A stretch of DNA of 36,277 nt. It comes from Desulfurococcales archaeon. GTDB taxonomy: Archaea > Thermoproteota > Thermoprotei_A > Sulfolobales > Desulfurococcaceae. The position numbers were made by a program, and so were the translations under genes. Location of the stretch: contig WAML01000119.1 in the NCBI GenBank assembly GCA_015522345.1, positions 1-36,277 on the forward strand, in the 5' to 3' direction. Of the stretch, positions 17,201-26,399 are shown piece after piece. Numbering within the stretch: position 1 is the stretch's first letter; every line of letters begins with the position of its first letter. The notes beneath the pieces are model-generated. The model did no database searches. It had not been told where the DNA came from and was given only the letters and a program-made list of their open reading frames with translations.

Positions 17201-17464
17201 TTATCTTCTTCTACTAAGTCTTCTAGCTTCACGCTCAGTTTCTCTAAGTATTAATATATCTCCTATTCTAACAGGGCCCTTCACGTTTCTCGTAATAATC
17301 CTTCCTTTATCGCGTCCTTCTAGTACTCGTACTCTAACTTGTATAATTTCTCCAGTTACACCAGTTCTACCTATGATCTGTATGACTTCAGCTGGGAAAC
17401 CTATTTCTTCTATTACGTTGACAGGAGGTTGTTCGGCATAGATCTTCTTTTCTTCATTACTCAA
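17201..17464 (-). CDS. rps28e: 30S ribosomal protein S28e (eS28)
   Basis: [60 protein letters not shown]. Confidence 0.93.
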   Translation of the reverse strand: MSNEEKKIYAEQPPVNVIEEIGFPAEVIQIIGRTGVTGEIIQVRVRVLEGRDKGRIITRNVKGPVRIGDILILRETEREARRLSRRR

Positions 17465-17608
17465 TATCTATCACTCTCTCTACTGGTTTTACAACTAGTT
17501 CTTTCTAGACTCTGTATATATTATTATAAAGATTACGATAAAACTTATATAGTTATTAAAGGTTTTTATGGATAGCAGACGGTGTTGAGAAGGGAGAAAT
17601 AAGGGTGG

Positions 17609-17803
17609 ATGCTTGTGCCTAAGATAGTGCATTGTAGTTTCTGTGGACGTGTTATAGAGCCTGGCACTGGGTTGATGTATGTTAAAAACGATGGTAGTGT
17701 ACTATGGTTTTGTAGTAGGAAGTGCTTCAAAAGCTATTTAGTTCTACGTAGGGATCCCAGGAAGTATAAGTGGACTTTAAAGGCTCGACAAGCAAGTAGG
17801 TAG
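17609..17803 (+). CDS. rpl24e: 50S ribosomal protein L24e (eL24)
   Basis: [32 protein letters not shown]. Alternative GTG start at 17615, 7 nt after a GGGTGG motif. Confidence 0.92.
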   Translation: MLVPKIVHCSFCGRVIEPGTGLMYVKNDGSVLWFCSRKCFKSYLVLRRDPRKYKWTLKARQASR

Positions 17804-17858
17804 TATTGGATAAATCTTTTATTCAACAACAATACTTATCATCATCTCGGTGAAGCCG

Positions 17859-18281
17859 ATGGCTGTCGAAAAAACACTTATAATGATTAAACCAGACGGT
17901 GTTTCTAGGAGATTAGTTGGTGAAATAATTTCTCGTTTTGAGAAAAAAGGGTTTAAAATAAAAGCTTTGAAAATGTTTAAGTTCACGCGGGAACAAGCCG
18001 AGGAATTCTATAAAGTACATAAAGGTAAGCCGTTCTTCGAAAGCCTTATAGACTTTATAACAAGTGGGCCTGTAGTGGCAATGGTTATTGAAGGAGATAG
18101 CGCTATATCTGTTGCTAGGCTCATGATAGGGCCTACTGATGGTAGAGAAGCGCCTCCGGGTACAATAAGAGGAGACTATGCTTTATCTAAAAGAGAGAAC
18201 GTCATACATGCTAGCGATAGTCCTGAGAGTGCTGAGCATGAAATAAGAGTTGTCTTTAGAGAAGAAGAAATACTTGAGTAG
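17859..18281 (+). CDS. ndk: Nucleoside diphosphate kinase
   Basis: [21 protein letters not shown] and NVIHASDS motifs. ATG 17859 follows a GGTG motif. The ORF opens at GTG 17850. Confidence 0.93.
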   Translation: MAVEKTLIMIKPDGVSRRLVGEIISRFEKKGFKIKALKMFKFTREQAEEFYKVHKGKPFFESLIDFITSGPVVAMVIEGDSAISVARLMIGPTDGREAPPGTIRGDYALSKRENVIHASDSPESAEHEIRVVFREEEILE

Positions 18282-18344
18282 ACCAGTGTTCTTCTCCATC
18301 CTTTATATACTTCTTAGGCAAGTATTTTTCCCGTTTCTCACCTA

Positions 18345-20156
18345 CTAAAAAGCTAGTCCATAGAATGGATCCTTCTTCCTCTTAATACTTATTATTTCCT
18401 TCAACACCATTTTCTCATCATCACTTAATTCATTCTTGTATTTTGTAAGCCATAGTTTCGTGTGTTCCTTCGGTATATCTGTGTAGAGAATATCTCCTTC
18501 ATCTATTTGTCTACCAACCATTACTCTACCTCTAATTGATATAGCAACAGCTTGTCCTACAATAGCTTCCTTAAGTACTTTATCACGATCCCTTATCTGC
18601 ATGATCTCCCCTATCCTCATACCATCTTCCCTCATTAATGGGTATCCAGGCTTTATTCTACCGCCTAGAACCTCGATACCTACTATTGCTGGCTCACTTC
18701 TCCTGAATATATAGCCTGGTAGAATCCTGATTTTACCTGGTCTAATGAGGGATTCTAGTTCTCTTCTTTTCTCTTCTTCTTTAAGCTTCTTTATCCACTC
18801 GGTAAAATCTTCTATTAATCTATAAATTACGTTGTTTGAAAAGATCTTTATAGATTCTTTTTCAGCTAATGCTCTAGCGTCAGGTAGTACTTTTACGTTA
18901 AAGACTAGTATAACGCCGTATTCTGGCCTAGATTTTTTAACAACTATAGCCTCTAGTACATCGTTCTTAGATACTGGTCCTACGTCAGCGTATCTAACTG
19001 GTATGTTCTCTCTTTTAAGTGCTGCTACAAGTGCTTCAAGTGTTCCAAGAGTATCGGCTTTGACAACTACTCCTACATTATCGGTCTTTATTCTTATAGA
19101 CTCTATTTCCTCTATAATCTTCCTAGTATACTCTCCTATAAGGTCGTTTGAGGGAACAACGTATATTGGTGACCCAGCTAGTGCATCTTCTAGATTAGGA
19201 GCGGAAATCTTTACACCAGTTGCAGCTACTACTTCATCTACTGTTCTAAACCTTCCTTCGTGAGCACGCATGTCCTGGAGTGGACGAGGCATTAGTAAGG
19301 CTCTAACTTTTGTTACAATAGGCTTTTGTTTCCCGCCAACAACTATTATGTCTCCTTTCCTCAATACACCATCATATATTATTACGTCTATTGTAGTTCC
19401 TAGACCAGGTTCTTCTTTAACTTCTAGAATAACTCCTTGAGCTGGTTCATCGCTTGTAACAAGTCTTTTCTTCATATACTGTTGTACAAGACCTGCTAGT
19501 AGAGCTAGTAGCTCTGGTATACCTTCTCCTGTTTTAGCCGATACTGGGACTATTGATACTGTTCTTCTAAAGTCCTTTATTCTATCAAATCGTTCTGCCA
19601 TAAATCCTTGTCTATAGAACTGGTCTATGAGTCTATATATTAGTTCATCTAGTCTTGCCTGTACTCTAGGGTCTTGTTTCTGTATTGTCTCAAGGAATGG
19701 TTTATCTGGATTTGGTCTCCAACCAGGTATTCTATCTATCTTATTAGCAGCTACTATAAAAGGTACTCGTCTCTCCTTGAGTATCTGTATACTCTCTATA
19801 GTCTGAGGCTGAAACCCCTCTATAATATCTATAACTAGTATAGCTATATCGGCTACACTACCTCCTCTCTTCCTAAGGTTACTGAAGAGCTCGTGTCCTG
19901 GAGTATCTATAAAGAGTAGCCCTGGAAGATCTATTCTTAGCCTTGGAAAGTATTTTTTAAGAGGTTCTTCAGCTACTTTCTTTAAAACACTCATAGGTAC
20001 AATACTTGCTCCAACATGTTGTGTTATTTCACCTGGCTCCTTCTTTGCTACTGTAGTCCCTCTTATTTTATCTAGTAGAGTAGTTTTTCCATGGTCTACA
20101 TGGCCTAGTACTACTACTATAGGTTGTCTAATCCACTCTTTTTTTGCAGCAACCAT
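18345..20156 (-). CDS. infB: Translation initiation factor aIF5B (IF-2 homologue)
   Basis: [27 protein letters not shown] and NKID G-motifs. 603 aa. GGTGAT SD 6 nt upstream of the ATG. Confidence 0.93.
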   Translation of the reverse strand: MVAAKKEWIRQPIVVVLGHVDHGKTTLLDKIRGTTVAKKEPGEITQHVGASIVPMSVLKKVAEEPLKKYFPRLRIDLPGLLFIDTPGHELFSNLRKRGGSVADIAILVIDIIEGFQPQTIESIQILKERRVPFIVAANKIDRIPGWRPNPDKPFLETIQKQDPRVQARLDELIYRLIDQFYRQGFMAERFDRIKDFRRTVSIVPVSAKTGEGIPELLALLAGLVQQYMKKRLVTSDEPAQGVILEVKEEPGLGTTIDVIIYDGVLRKGDIIVVGGKQKPIVTKVRALLMPRPLQDMRAHEGRFRTVDEVVAATGVKISAPNLEDALAGSPIYVVPSNDLIGEYTRKIIEEIESIRIKTDNVGVVVKADTLGTLEALVAALKRENIPVRYADVGPVSKNDVLEAIVVKKSRPEYGVILVFNVKVLPDARALAEKESIKIFSNNVIYRLIEDFTEWIKKLKEEEKRRELESLIRPGKIRILPGYIFRRSEPAIVGIEVLGGRIKPGYPLMREDGMRIGEIMQIRDRDKVLKEAIVGQAVAISIRGRVMVGRQIDEGDILYTDIPKEHTKLWLTKYKNELSDDEKMVLKEIISIKRKKDPFYGLAF

Positions 20157-20291
20157 AGTGTATCACCTTTCTCTTACAGTATGTCTATTAGATAGTTTAT
20201 TCCTATAGTAATTATTATAGTATTTTAGTAGCTCGATAAAACATATATAGTTATATACCTGTTTGTATACGAGACAATGGTATAGTATAGG

Positions 20292-20311
20292 CTGGTGCCG
20301 TAGGGCACCGG
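20292..20311 (+). promoter_or_regulatory. GC-rich 8-bp hairpin in the rps6e leader
   Basis: CUGGUGCC-GUAG-GGCACCGG, immediately followed by GGGGAUC (SD-like) and the GUG start at 20322. Confidence 0.35.
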
Positions 20312-20321
20312 GGGATCTATA

Positions 20322-20966
20322 GTGCCTGATTTCAAGATCGTGATATCTGATCCAGAGGCTCCTAAGTTAGAGAATATTGTTAAAGTAAAAGTTGTTGGAG
20401 ACGCTGATATAGAGTACGGTAGAGATGAAAAAGAAGGATTTAAGCTACCGATAGCGAAACTAAATAAATTGTTATACGAGAAACTAGCTCCCAAACACAA
20501 TGTAATTACTATAAGGATTAGGAAAGAGACTGGGGACAAAGTGAATATTAGAGCATGGGTTGTAGTAGACGATAATATACCCGATAACGAGATACATGTT
20601 AGCGCTGATTTACTTGTAGAGAAAACAGGTATGTCAGAGGCAGAAGCTGAAGCTTTTAGAGCTCGTGCATGGCAGATAAGGATTAAAGATGATCGTGCTA
20701 AACAATTAATTGGTCTAAGAATTGGAGATACTTTTGATGGATCTATTGTTGGCTTAAAAGGTGTTAAACTAGAGATAACCGGTGGGAGCGACTACAGCGG
20801 TTTCCCCATGAGACCAGATATCATGGGTGGTGTAAAGAAGAGAGTACTACTATCTGGTCCACCAGGTTTTAGGCCTCGTGAAAAAGGCGAGCGTAGAAGA
20901 AAGATGGTGCGTGGAAACACTATTACTGAAGATATTGTACAGATTAATACAAAGATAGTGCCTTAG
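20322..20966 (+). CDS. rps6e: 30S ribosomal protein S6e (eS6)
   Basis: MPDFKIVISDP...GGSDYSGFPMRPD...RRRKMVRGN. Confidence 0.93.
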   Translation: MPDFKIVISDPEAPKLENIVKVKVVGDADIEYGRDEKEGFKLPIAKLNKLLYEKLAPKHNVITIRIRKETGDKVNIRAWVVVDDNIPDNEIHVSADLLVEKTGMSEAEAEAFRARAWQIRIKDDRAKQLIGLRIGDTFDGSIVGLKGVKLEITGGSDYSGFPMRPDIMGGVKKRVLLSGPPGFRPREKGERRRKMVRGNTITEDIVQINTKIVP

Positions 20967-20973
20967 CTAGTTG

Positions 20974-20978
20974 TTTTT
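20974..20978 (+). terminator. Oligo-T tract after rps6e
   Basis: TTTTT 8 nt after the stop codon. Confidence 0.3.
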
Positions 20979-21084
20979 CTTAGACAAGTTTTTGACTAGA
21001 AATACTTTTTGTATAGTATACACTATATGAATACAATAGTTTATGCTGTAACAAGATATAGTGTTGAGATGGGGGTGTAGGAGA

Positions 21085-22329
21085 ATGCCTTGGGAGCTTA
21101 GGCAACCTGAAGTAAACATAGGTGTTGTAGGTCATGTAGATCATGGAAAAACTACGTTAGTACAAGCAATAACTGGTATATGGACTGCAAGACATAGTGA
21201 AGAACTAAAGCGTGGTATGACTATAAAGCTTGGCTACGCTGATGGAAATATAGCTTATTGTGAAAACCTTGAACCCCCTGAAGCATATACTACTGAACCC
21301 ACTTGTCCTGGAGGGCTCGAGTCTAAGCTTTTACGTAGAGTAAGTTTTGTCGATGCTCCCGGCCATGAAGCGCTTATGGCTACAATGCTTTCTGGAGCAG
21401 CTTTAATGGATGGAGCAATACTAGTAATTGCAGCTAATGAGCCATGTCCCCAGCCTCAAACTAGAGAACACTTTGCTGCATTGGATATAATTGGTGTTAG
21501 AAACATTATTGTTGTACAGAATAAAATTGATGTTGTATCTCGTGAACAAGCTCTAAAGAATTATAAAGAGATTAAGAAGTTCTTAGAGGGTACATGGGCT
21601 GAGGATGCTCCTATAATACCTGTTAGTGCTCTCCACAAAGCTAATATAGATGTATTGCTTCAGGCGATCCAAGAGATCATACCTACTCCTGAAAGAGATC
21701 TTTCAAAACCGCCTCTTATGTATGTTGCTCGTAGCTTTGATGTAAATAAACCTGGTACTCCACCTGATAAATTAAGAGGAGGAGTTATAGGTGGTTCTCT
21801 AATACAGGGAGTTCTAAGAGTAGGTGATGAAATAGAGATTAGGCCTGGAATAAGAATACCCATAGGACCTGGTAGGTACAGATACGAACCCGTTGTAACA
21901 GAGGTAGTGAGCCTTAGATTCGGCGATCTAGAAGTAGATGAAGCTAGGCCTGGGGGATTATTAGCTATAGGTACTAAACTAGACCCAAGTTTAACTAAAG
22001 CTGATGCACTAGTAGGTAATATTGTTGGGAAACCCGGTCAACTACCTCCTATAGCTACTACACTAGTTGTTAAATACAGGCTTATGGAGCGTGTAGTTGG
22101 TACTAAAGAATTAGTCAAGATATCTCCGATAAGAGTACGTGAACCCATAATAGTTACTGTTGGAACAGCGATAAGACTTGGAATAGTTACTCGTGTAAAA
22201 GGAGATGAAATAGAGATTAGGTTAAGAGACCCAGTATCTACAAGGGAAGGCTCTAGAGTAGCTATTAGTAGGCAAGTACTTGGTAGATGGAGATTAACTG
22301 GATGGGGTACTATAGAAGAACTTTCTTAA
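21085..22329 (+). CDS. eif2g: Translation initiation factor aIF2 gamma subunit
   Basis: [27 protein letters not shown] and QNKID motifs. ATG 21085 follows AGGAG. The ORF opens at GTG 21061. Confidence 0.93.
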   Translation: MPWELRQPEVNIGVVGHVDHGKTTLVQAITGIWTARHSEELKRGMTIKLGYADGNIAYCENLEPPEAYTTEPTCPGGLESKLLRRVSFVDAPGHEALMATMLSGAALMDGAILVIAANEPCPQPQTREHFAALDIIGVRNIIVVQNKIDVVSREQALKNYKEIKKFLEGTWAEDAPIIPVSALHKANIDVLLQAIQEIIPTPERDLSKPPLMYVARSFDVNKPGTPPDKLRGGVIGGSLIQGVLRVGDEIEIRPGIRIPIGPGRYRYEPVVTEVVSLRFGDLEVDEARPGGLLAIGTKLDPSLTKADALVGNIVGKPGQLPPIATTLVVKYRLMERVVGTKELVKISPIRVREPIIVTVGTAIRLGIVTRVKGDEIEIRLRDPVSTREGSRVAISRQVLGRWRLTGWGTIEELS

Positions 22330-22333
22330 AGCA

Positions 22334-22762
22334 ATGTATTGTCTATGGGATATAGTGTTGAAGAAATACAGAGTTCTCCTAGACACTAATATGTTAATGC
22401 TCTTAGGTAAAGGAGTAGATGTATTTGAGCAAATAGAGGAGATTCTCTTAACTAAACCAGAGTACTATGTTATAAAGCCTGTAATAGAGGAGCTAGAGAG
22501 AATAGCTAGTAGAGGCGGAGTAAAAGAGAGGAAAGCTGCAAGACTAGCTCTAGATATTGTTAAGAAGAAGTGCAGAGTAATAGATATTGAGAGACCCCGT
22601 GGCGTTACAGTAGATGATTTAATACTTGATATAGCTTCTAAAGAGAAATTTATTGTAGCTACAAATGATAGAGTACTAAGACGTAGATTGAGGGAGAAGG
22701 GTTTACCCGAGATATATTTTAGGGAGGAGAAACATTTACTTGAAGCACAAGGTGTAGATTAA
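22334..22762 (+). CDS. PIN-domain protein (Fcf1/Utp24-like, conserved neighbour of aIF2-gamma and rpoE)
   Basis: VLLDTNMLM ... VATNDRVLRRRL pattern of PIN acidic residues. Conserved synteny. Confidence 0.8.
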   Translation: MYCLWDIVLKKYRVLLDTNMLMLLGKGVDVFEQIEEILLTKPEYYVIKPVIEELERIASRGGVKERKAARLALDIVKKKCRVIDIERPRGVTVDDLILDIASKEKFIVATNDRVLRRRLREKGLPEIYFREEKHLLEAQGVD

Positions 22763-22823
22763 AAACTATTTTAATACATGTAATATAATACACAATAACT
22801 GTATAACTAAGTGGTGTATGGAA

Positions 22824-23381
22824 ATGTACAGGATCTATAGACTAAGGGATGTTGTTAGAATACCGCCAGAAGACTTCAATAAACCATTAGATGAAGCTGC
22901 TTTAAGAGTTTTGAGGGATGTGTATGAAGGTAGAGTAAGCAAGGATCTAGGCATAATAGTTGCTGTAATAGATGTAAAAGTATCTCCAGAAGGAAGGATA
23001 ATACCTGGTGATGGCGGAACATATCATGAAGCAGAGTTTACTGTACTCTCCTTCAATCCATTTGTACAAGAAGTAGTTGAAGGAAGCGTAGTTACTGTAA
23101 CAAGTTATGGATTATTCATAGACTTAGGAGCGACAGATGGTTTTATACATAAATCTCAGATAGCTGATGAACAAATTGAATACGATCCAACTAGGCCTGG
23201 ACTAAGACTTGTTGAATCACGTAGGCTCGTTGAAAGAGGCGATGTTGTTAGAGCTAGAGTTTATAATGTATCTCTAATGCCTGGCAAGGGATTAAGAGTA
23301 AATCTTACACTGAGACAGCCTTTCTTAGGTAAAATTGAATGGATTGAAAAACTTAAAGAAGAAGCTAAGAAGAGGAAGTAG
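22824..23381 (+). CDS. rpoE: DNA-directed RNA polymerase subunit E' (Rpo7), S1 domain
   Basis: MYRIYRLRDVVRIPPEDF N-terminus and an S1 fold (GSVVTVTSYGLFIDLG). The ORF opens at ATG 22818. ATG 22824 is better spaced from the GGTG motif. Confidence 0.9.
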   Translation: MYRIYRLRDVVRIPPEDFNKPLDEAALRVLRDVYEGRVSKDLGIIVAVIDVKVSPEGRIIPGDGGTYHEAEFTVLSFNPFVQEVVEGSVVTVTSYGLFIDLGATDGFIHKSQIADEQIEYDPTRPGLRLVESRRLVERGDVVRARVYNVSLMPGKGLRVNLTLRQPFLGKIEWIEKLKEEAKKRK

Positions 23382-23390
23382 AGTTTCTAG

Positions 23391-23612
23391 GTGTATGCCT
23401 TGCCAGCTAGAATTAGGAGAAAACCCTTCAAAGCTTGTAGGAAATGTAAATACCTTGTTCCTAGAGAAGCTGAGGAATGCCCATTATGTGGCTCAAGAGA
23501 TTTTAGTGAAGACTGGGAAGGAATGGTTATAATAATAGATCCGGAGGTCTCTGAAATAGCTAAATCACTTGGAATAACTAAACCTGGCCGCTATGCTTTG
23601 AGAATAAGGTAG
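23391..23612 (+). CDS. spt4: Transcription elongation factor Spt4 (RpoE'')
   Basis: ACRKCKYLV...CPLCGSRDFSEDWEGMVIIIDP zinc ribbon. Position after rpoE. Confidence 0.9.
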   Translation: MYALPARIRRKPFKACRKCKYLVPREAEECPLCGSRDFSEDWEGMVIIIDPEVSEIAKSLGITKPGRYALRIR

Positions 23613-23619
23613 TGCTTTT

Positions 23620-24135
23620 ATGATTTGTATACCAGTATTGAAAATGCCTTTTTGGCTTAGGAAAATACTTAGTATACCCCAGGGAATTCTCTATACTAAA
23701 ATCAAGAGTACAATATCTATAAGCGACTTAGAGAAAAACATTGATGTATGTGTAGGTGATTATGTATCCAATACTCTAGGTTGTAGAGAAAAAGTCTTTG
23801 ATGGAAAAACTATGCGTAGAGACTATCTAAGCTATACATCTAATAGAAGCTACGATGTTATAGTATATAATCCGCGTGGCACTATTTCGTTAAATTCTAA
23901 AACAATGATTTCCCTAGGAGACATTGGAAGAAATATCTATGTTGTTGGAGAAGAAGACTTGATTCCTTTTGTCTACGTCTATCGTAGAGAAGCATTGAGT
24001 ATAGTCTATGGACAACCAGGTGTAGGAGTAGTTGTTTCAGAATATAATTATGTAGTGAAGAATAGAGTTATTAAGATGCTCAAAACATTTAAACCAGATA
24101 TAGTATGCATAAAAGAGAGGATAGAGTATACTTAG
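23620..24135 (+). CDS. DUF359/COG1909 family, GTP-dependent dephospho-CoA kinase type
   Basis: VGDYVSNTL, DGKTMRR and VVGEEDLIPF motifs. Conserved slot between spt4 and rps24e. Confidence 0.7.
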   Translation: MICIPVLKMPFWLRKILSIPQGILYTKIKSTISISDLEKNIDVCVGDYVSNTLGCREKVFDGKTMRRDYLSYTSNRSYDVIVYNPRGTISLNSKTMISLGDIGRNIYVVGEEDLIPFVYVYRREALSIVYGQPGVGVVVSEYNYVVKNRVIKMLKTFKPDIVCIKERIEYT

Positions 24136-24174
24136 AGCTATACACAGGATACTCGTATAAAGGGTGTAGATGAA

Positions 24175-24510
24175 ATGGCTAAAGTAATAAAGATAGGTGA
24201 TGAATACCAGGGAGAAGTTGTTAATGAGAAATATAATCCATTGATAAAGAGGCTTGAATTAGATATAAGGATTGCACATATAGGTAAAGGAACACCCTCT
24301 CGTGGAATTCTAAGAAAAGCTATTGCAGAGGCCTACAACGTTGATATAGAGAAAGTATATGTTAGGAAGATAGAGTCTGAGTTTGGATGGGGGGTTACGA
24401 GAGTAGAAGTACATATCTATGATTCTCCTGATCGAGCGAAATTGTTTGAACCAGAGTATGTTATTAAGAGGAACGAGTATGCTACACAAGCTCTATCTCT
24501 CCAGCAGTAG
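24175..24510 (+). CDS. rps24e: 30S ribosomal protein S24e (eS24)
   Basis: [23 protein letters not shown]...[12 protein letters not shown]. Confidence 0.92.
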   Translation: MAKVIKIGDEYQGEVVNEKYNPLIKRLELDIRIAHIGKGTPSRGILRKAIAEAYNVDIEKVYVRKIESEFGWGVTRVEVHIYDSPDRAKLFEPEYVIKRNEYATQALSLQQ

Positions 24511-24524
24511 AGGGGTGTATGACT

Positions 24525-24695
24525 ATGGCTCATGTACATAAATTGTATGAATTTGATTATAGTAAAGGGTATATTAGGCTTAAGAACAAAAAATGCCCTA
24601 GATGTGGAAGCATAATGGCTTTCCACAAGAAACCTAGGCCTAGATGGCACTGTGGCAAATGCGGATATACAGAGTTTATTAGAGAATCTAAGTAA
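24525..24695 (+). CDS. rps27ae: 30S ribosomal protein S27ae (eS31), zinc ribbon; not in the supplied ORF track
   Basis: My own translation gives [60 protein letters not shown]...CGKC ribbon. GGGGTG SD 7 nt upstream (alternative ATG 24519). Canonical position after rps24e. Confidence 0.88.
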   Translation: MAHVHKLYEFDYSKGYIRLKNKKCPRCGSIMAFHKKPRPRWHCGKCGYTEFIRESK

Positions 24696-24705
24696 GGAGT
24701 ATCTT

Positions 24706-25734
24706 GTGTTGAAGACTATTGTTTTAGGTATAGAATCTACTTCTCATACATTCGGTGTTGGAATAGCTGGTATAATTGATGGAAAACCCTCTATTCTAGC
24801 CAATGAGAAAGCACAGTATGTTCCAGAGAAAGGAGGCATTCACCCTAGAGAAGCTAGTCTACATCATATGAGAGAAGGGCCTCGAGTACTAAAGAGGGCT
24901 TTAGAGAAAGCTGGTGTTAAAATAGATGATCTAGATGCTATAGCTGTAGCTTTAGGACCTGGTCTAGGTCCATGTCTTAGAGTAGGTGCATCTATAGCTC
25001 GTTTCCTATCATCGTATTATAGTAAGCCTTTGGTTCCAGTAAATCATGCTGTAGCTCATGTAGAGATAGGTAAATTAGTGAATAACTTAAGTGATCCACT
25101 AGTCATATATGTTTCTGGAGGAAATACGTTAATTGCTATACAGAGGAGGAAGAGATATAGAGTACTTGGTGAAACACTAGATATACCTCTTGGGAATCTC
25201 TTAGATACTTTTGCTAGAGAAGTAGGTCTTGCACCACCTTATGTTGTTAAAGGAATGCATCAAGTAGATATTTGTGCTGAATGGGGTAGTGAATTCATTG
25301 ATTTGCCCTATACTATAAAGGGGAATGATCTTTCATTCTCGGGCTTATTAACAGCAGCTCTTAGAGAAGCAAAAAAAGCCAAGAATAGGAGAGAACTAGG
25401 TAATGTCTGTTTATCTCTTAGAGAGACAGCGTTTAATATGTTAGTCGAAGTTTCTGAAAGAGCACTAGCTCTTACTGGTAAAAAAGAGGTATTACTGACA
25501 GGTGGTGTAGCAGCTAATGAAGTCCTTAATAGTAAGCTTGATAAAATGTCTAGACTACATGATGCTAAATACTATACTGTACCTCTAGAGTATGCTGGAG
25601 ATAATGGAGCTATGATTGCCTGGACAGGACTACTAGCGTATCTTCACAATATATTTGTTGATCCCGAGAAAGCCTTTGTTAGACAGAGATGGAGGCTTGA
25701 TGAGGTAGACTTACCATGGCTTCCGGAGGACTAG
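24706..25734 (+). CDS. kae1: tRNA N6-adenosine threonylcarbamoyltransferase Kae1 (KEOPS)
   Basis: LGIESTSHTFGVGI, HPREASLHH and LLTGGVAANE motifs. GTG 24706 follows AAGGAG. The listed start 24652 would overlap rps27ae. Confidence 0.9.
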   Translation: MLKTIVLGIESTSHTFGVGIAGIIDGKPSILANEKAQYVPEKGGIHPREASLHHMREGPRVLKRALEKAGVKIDDLDAIAVALGPGLGPCLRVGASIARFLSSYYSKPLVPVNHAVAHVEIGKLVNNLSDPLVIYVSGGNTLIAIQRRKRYRVLGETLDIPLGNLLDTFAREVGLAPPYVVKGMHQVDICAEWGSEFIDLPYTIKGNDLSFSGLLTAALREAKKAKNRRELGNVCLSLRETAFNMLVEVSERALALTGKKEVLLTGGVAANEVLNSKLDKMSRLHDAKYYTVPLEYAGDNGAMIAWTGLLAYLHNIFVDPEKAFVRQRWRLDEVDLPWLPED

Positions 25735-26399
25735 AGCTTTTAGCTAGAGGAGCTGAAGCACTATTATACAAAATAGACTATTATGGTTTACCAGCTGTAC
25801 TTAAAGTGAGAATTTCTAAGCCTTACCGCCATCCAGAGTTTGATAAATTGTTTAGGTATAGAAGGACTATTGTTGAAGGAAAAGTTATGTCTCAACTCCA
25901 TGGTATGGGGTTAAGGGTTCCAGCGGTTTATCTAGTTGATCCAGATAACTACTGTATTGTCATGGAGTATATAGAGGGTGCTAGATTAAGTAATGTTTTT
26001 GGCGAACTTGATTCTAATGCAGTATATTCAATAGCGTATAACTTAGGATTATCGGCTGCTGTAATGCATGAGAAAACAATATATCATGGAGACTTTACTA
26101 TTGCAAATATTATTGTAGACAAGAATAATACACCGTATATTATAGACTTTGGATTATCAGGTTATAGTAGAGATATAGAGGAATATGCTATTGATATACA
26201 CTTGCTGTTGAGGAGTATTGAAGCATTATATCCTGAGAAAACAAGTATCTTTATGGATACTTTTTGGAAGAGTTATGAAGAATATAGAGGACATGATTTT
26301 GTAGTTAAGTTGAAAGATAAAGTGAAGGATATCAGGCTCCGCGGTAGATACGTAGAGGAGAGATTGAGGAGGAAGATTTCTCTTGACAAATACGTGTAG
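25716..26399 (+). CDS. bud32: Kae1-associated kinase Bud32 (KEOPS)
   Basis: RGAEALLYK, LKVRISKPYRHPEFD, HGDFTIANIIV and IIDFGLS motifs. 19-nt overlap with kae1. Confidence 0.88.
   Translation: MASGGLELLARGAEALLYKIDYYGLPAVLKVRISKPYRHPEFDKLFRYRRTIVEGKVMSQLHGMGLRVPAVYLVDPDNYCIVMEYIEGARLSNVFGELDSNAVYSIAYNLGLSAAVMHEKTIYHGDFTIANIIVDKNNTPYIIDFGLSGYSRDIEEYAIDIHLLLRSIEALYPEKTSIFMDTFWKSYEEYRGHDFVVKLKDKVKDIRLRGRYVEERLRRKISLDKYV

Noticed and set aside
17146-17500. Shared palindromic core AACTAGTT on both flanks of the inverted rps28e (17146-17155 and 17493-17500), considered as inversion breakpoints
   Set aside because: A single shared 8-mer between two spacers of about 135 nt is close to chance expectation in this CTAG-rich, AT-rich sequence. 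There is no longer inverted repeat around it.
17339-17575. 78-aa plus-strand ORF overlapping rps28e and its upstream spacer
   Set aside because: It is antisense to the clearly recognisable S28e gene and runs on into an AT-rich promoter spacer. Its composition is shadow-like (Tyr/Phe/Leu).
20225-20539. 104-aa minus-strand ORF across the infB/rps6e spacer and the rps6e 5' end
   Set aside because: It is antisense to rps6e. It would also occupy the promoter spacer needed by both divergent genes. No motifs.
23335-23532. 65-aa plus-strand ORF overlapping the rpoE end and spt4
   Set aside because: The alternative frame (23391-23612) encodes a textbook Spt4 zinc ribbon. This frame has no recognisable features.
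24417-24650. 77-aa minus-strand ORF
   Set aside because: It is antisense to rps24e and the newly recognised rps27ae.
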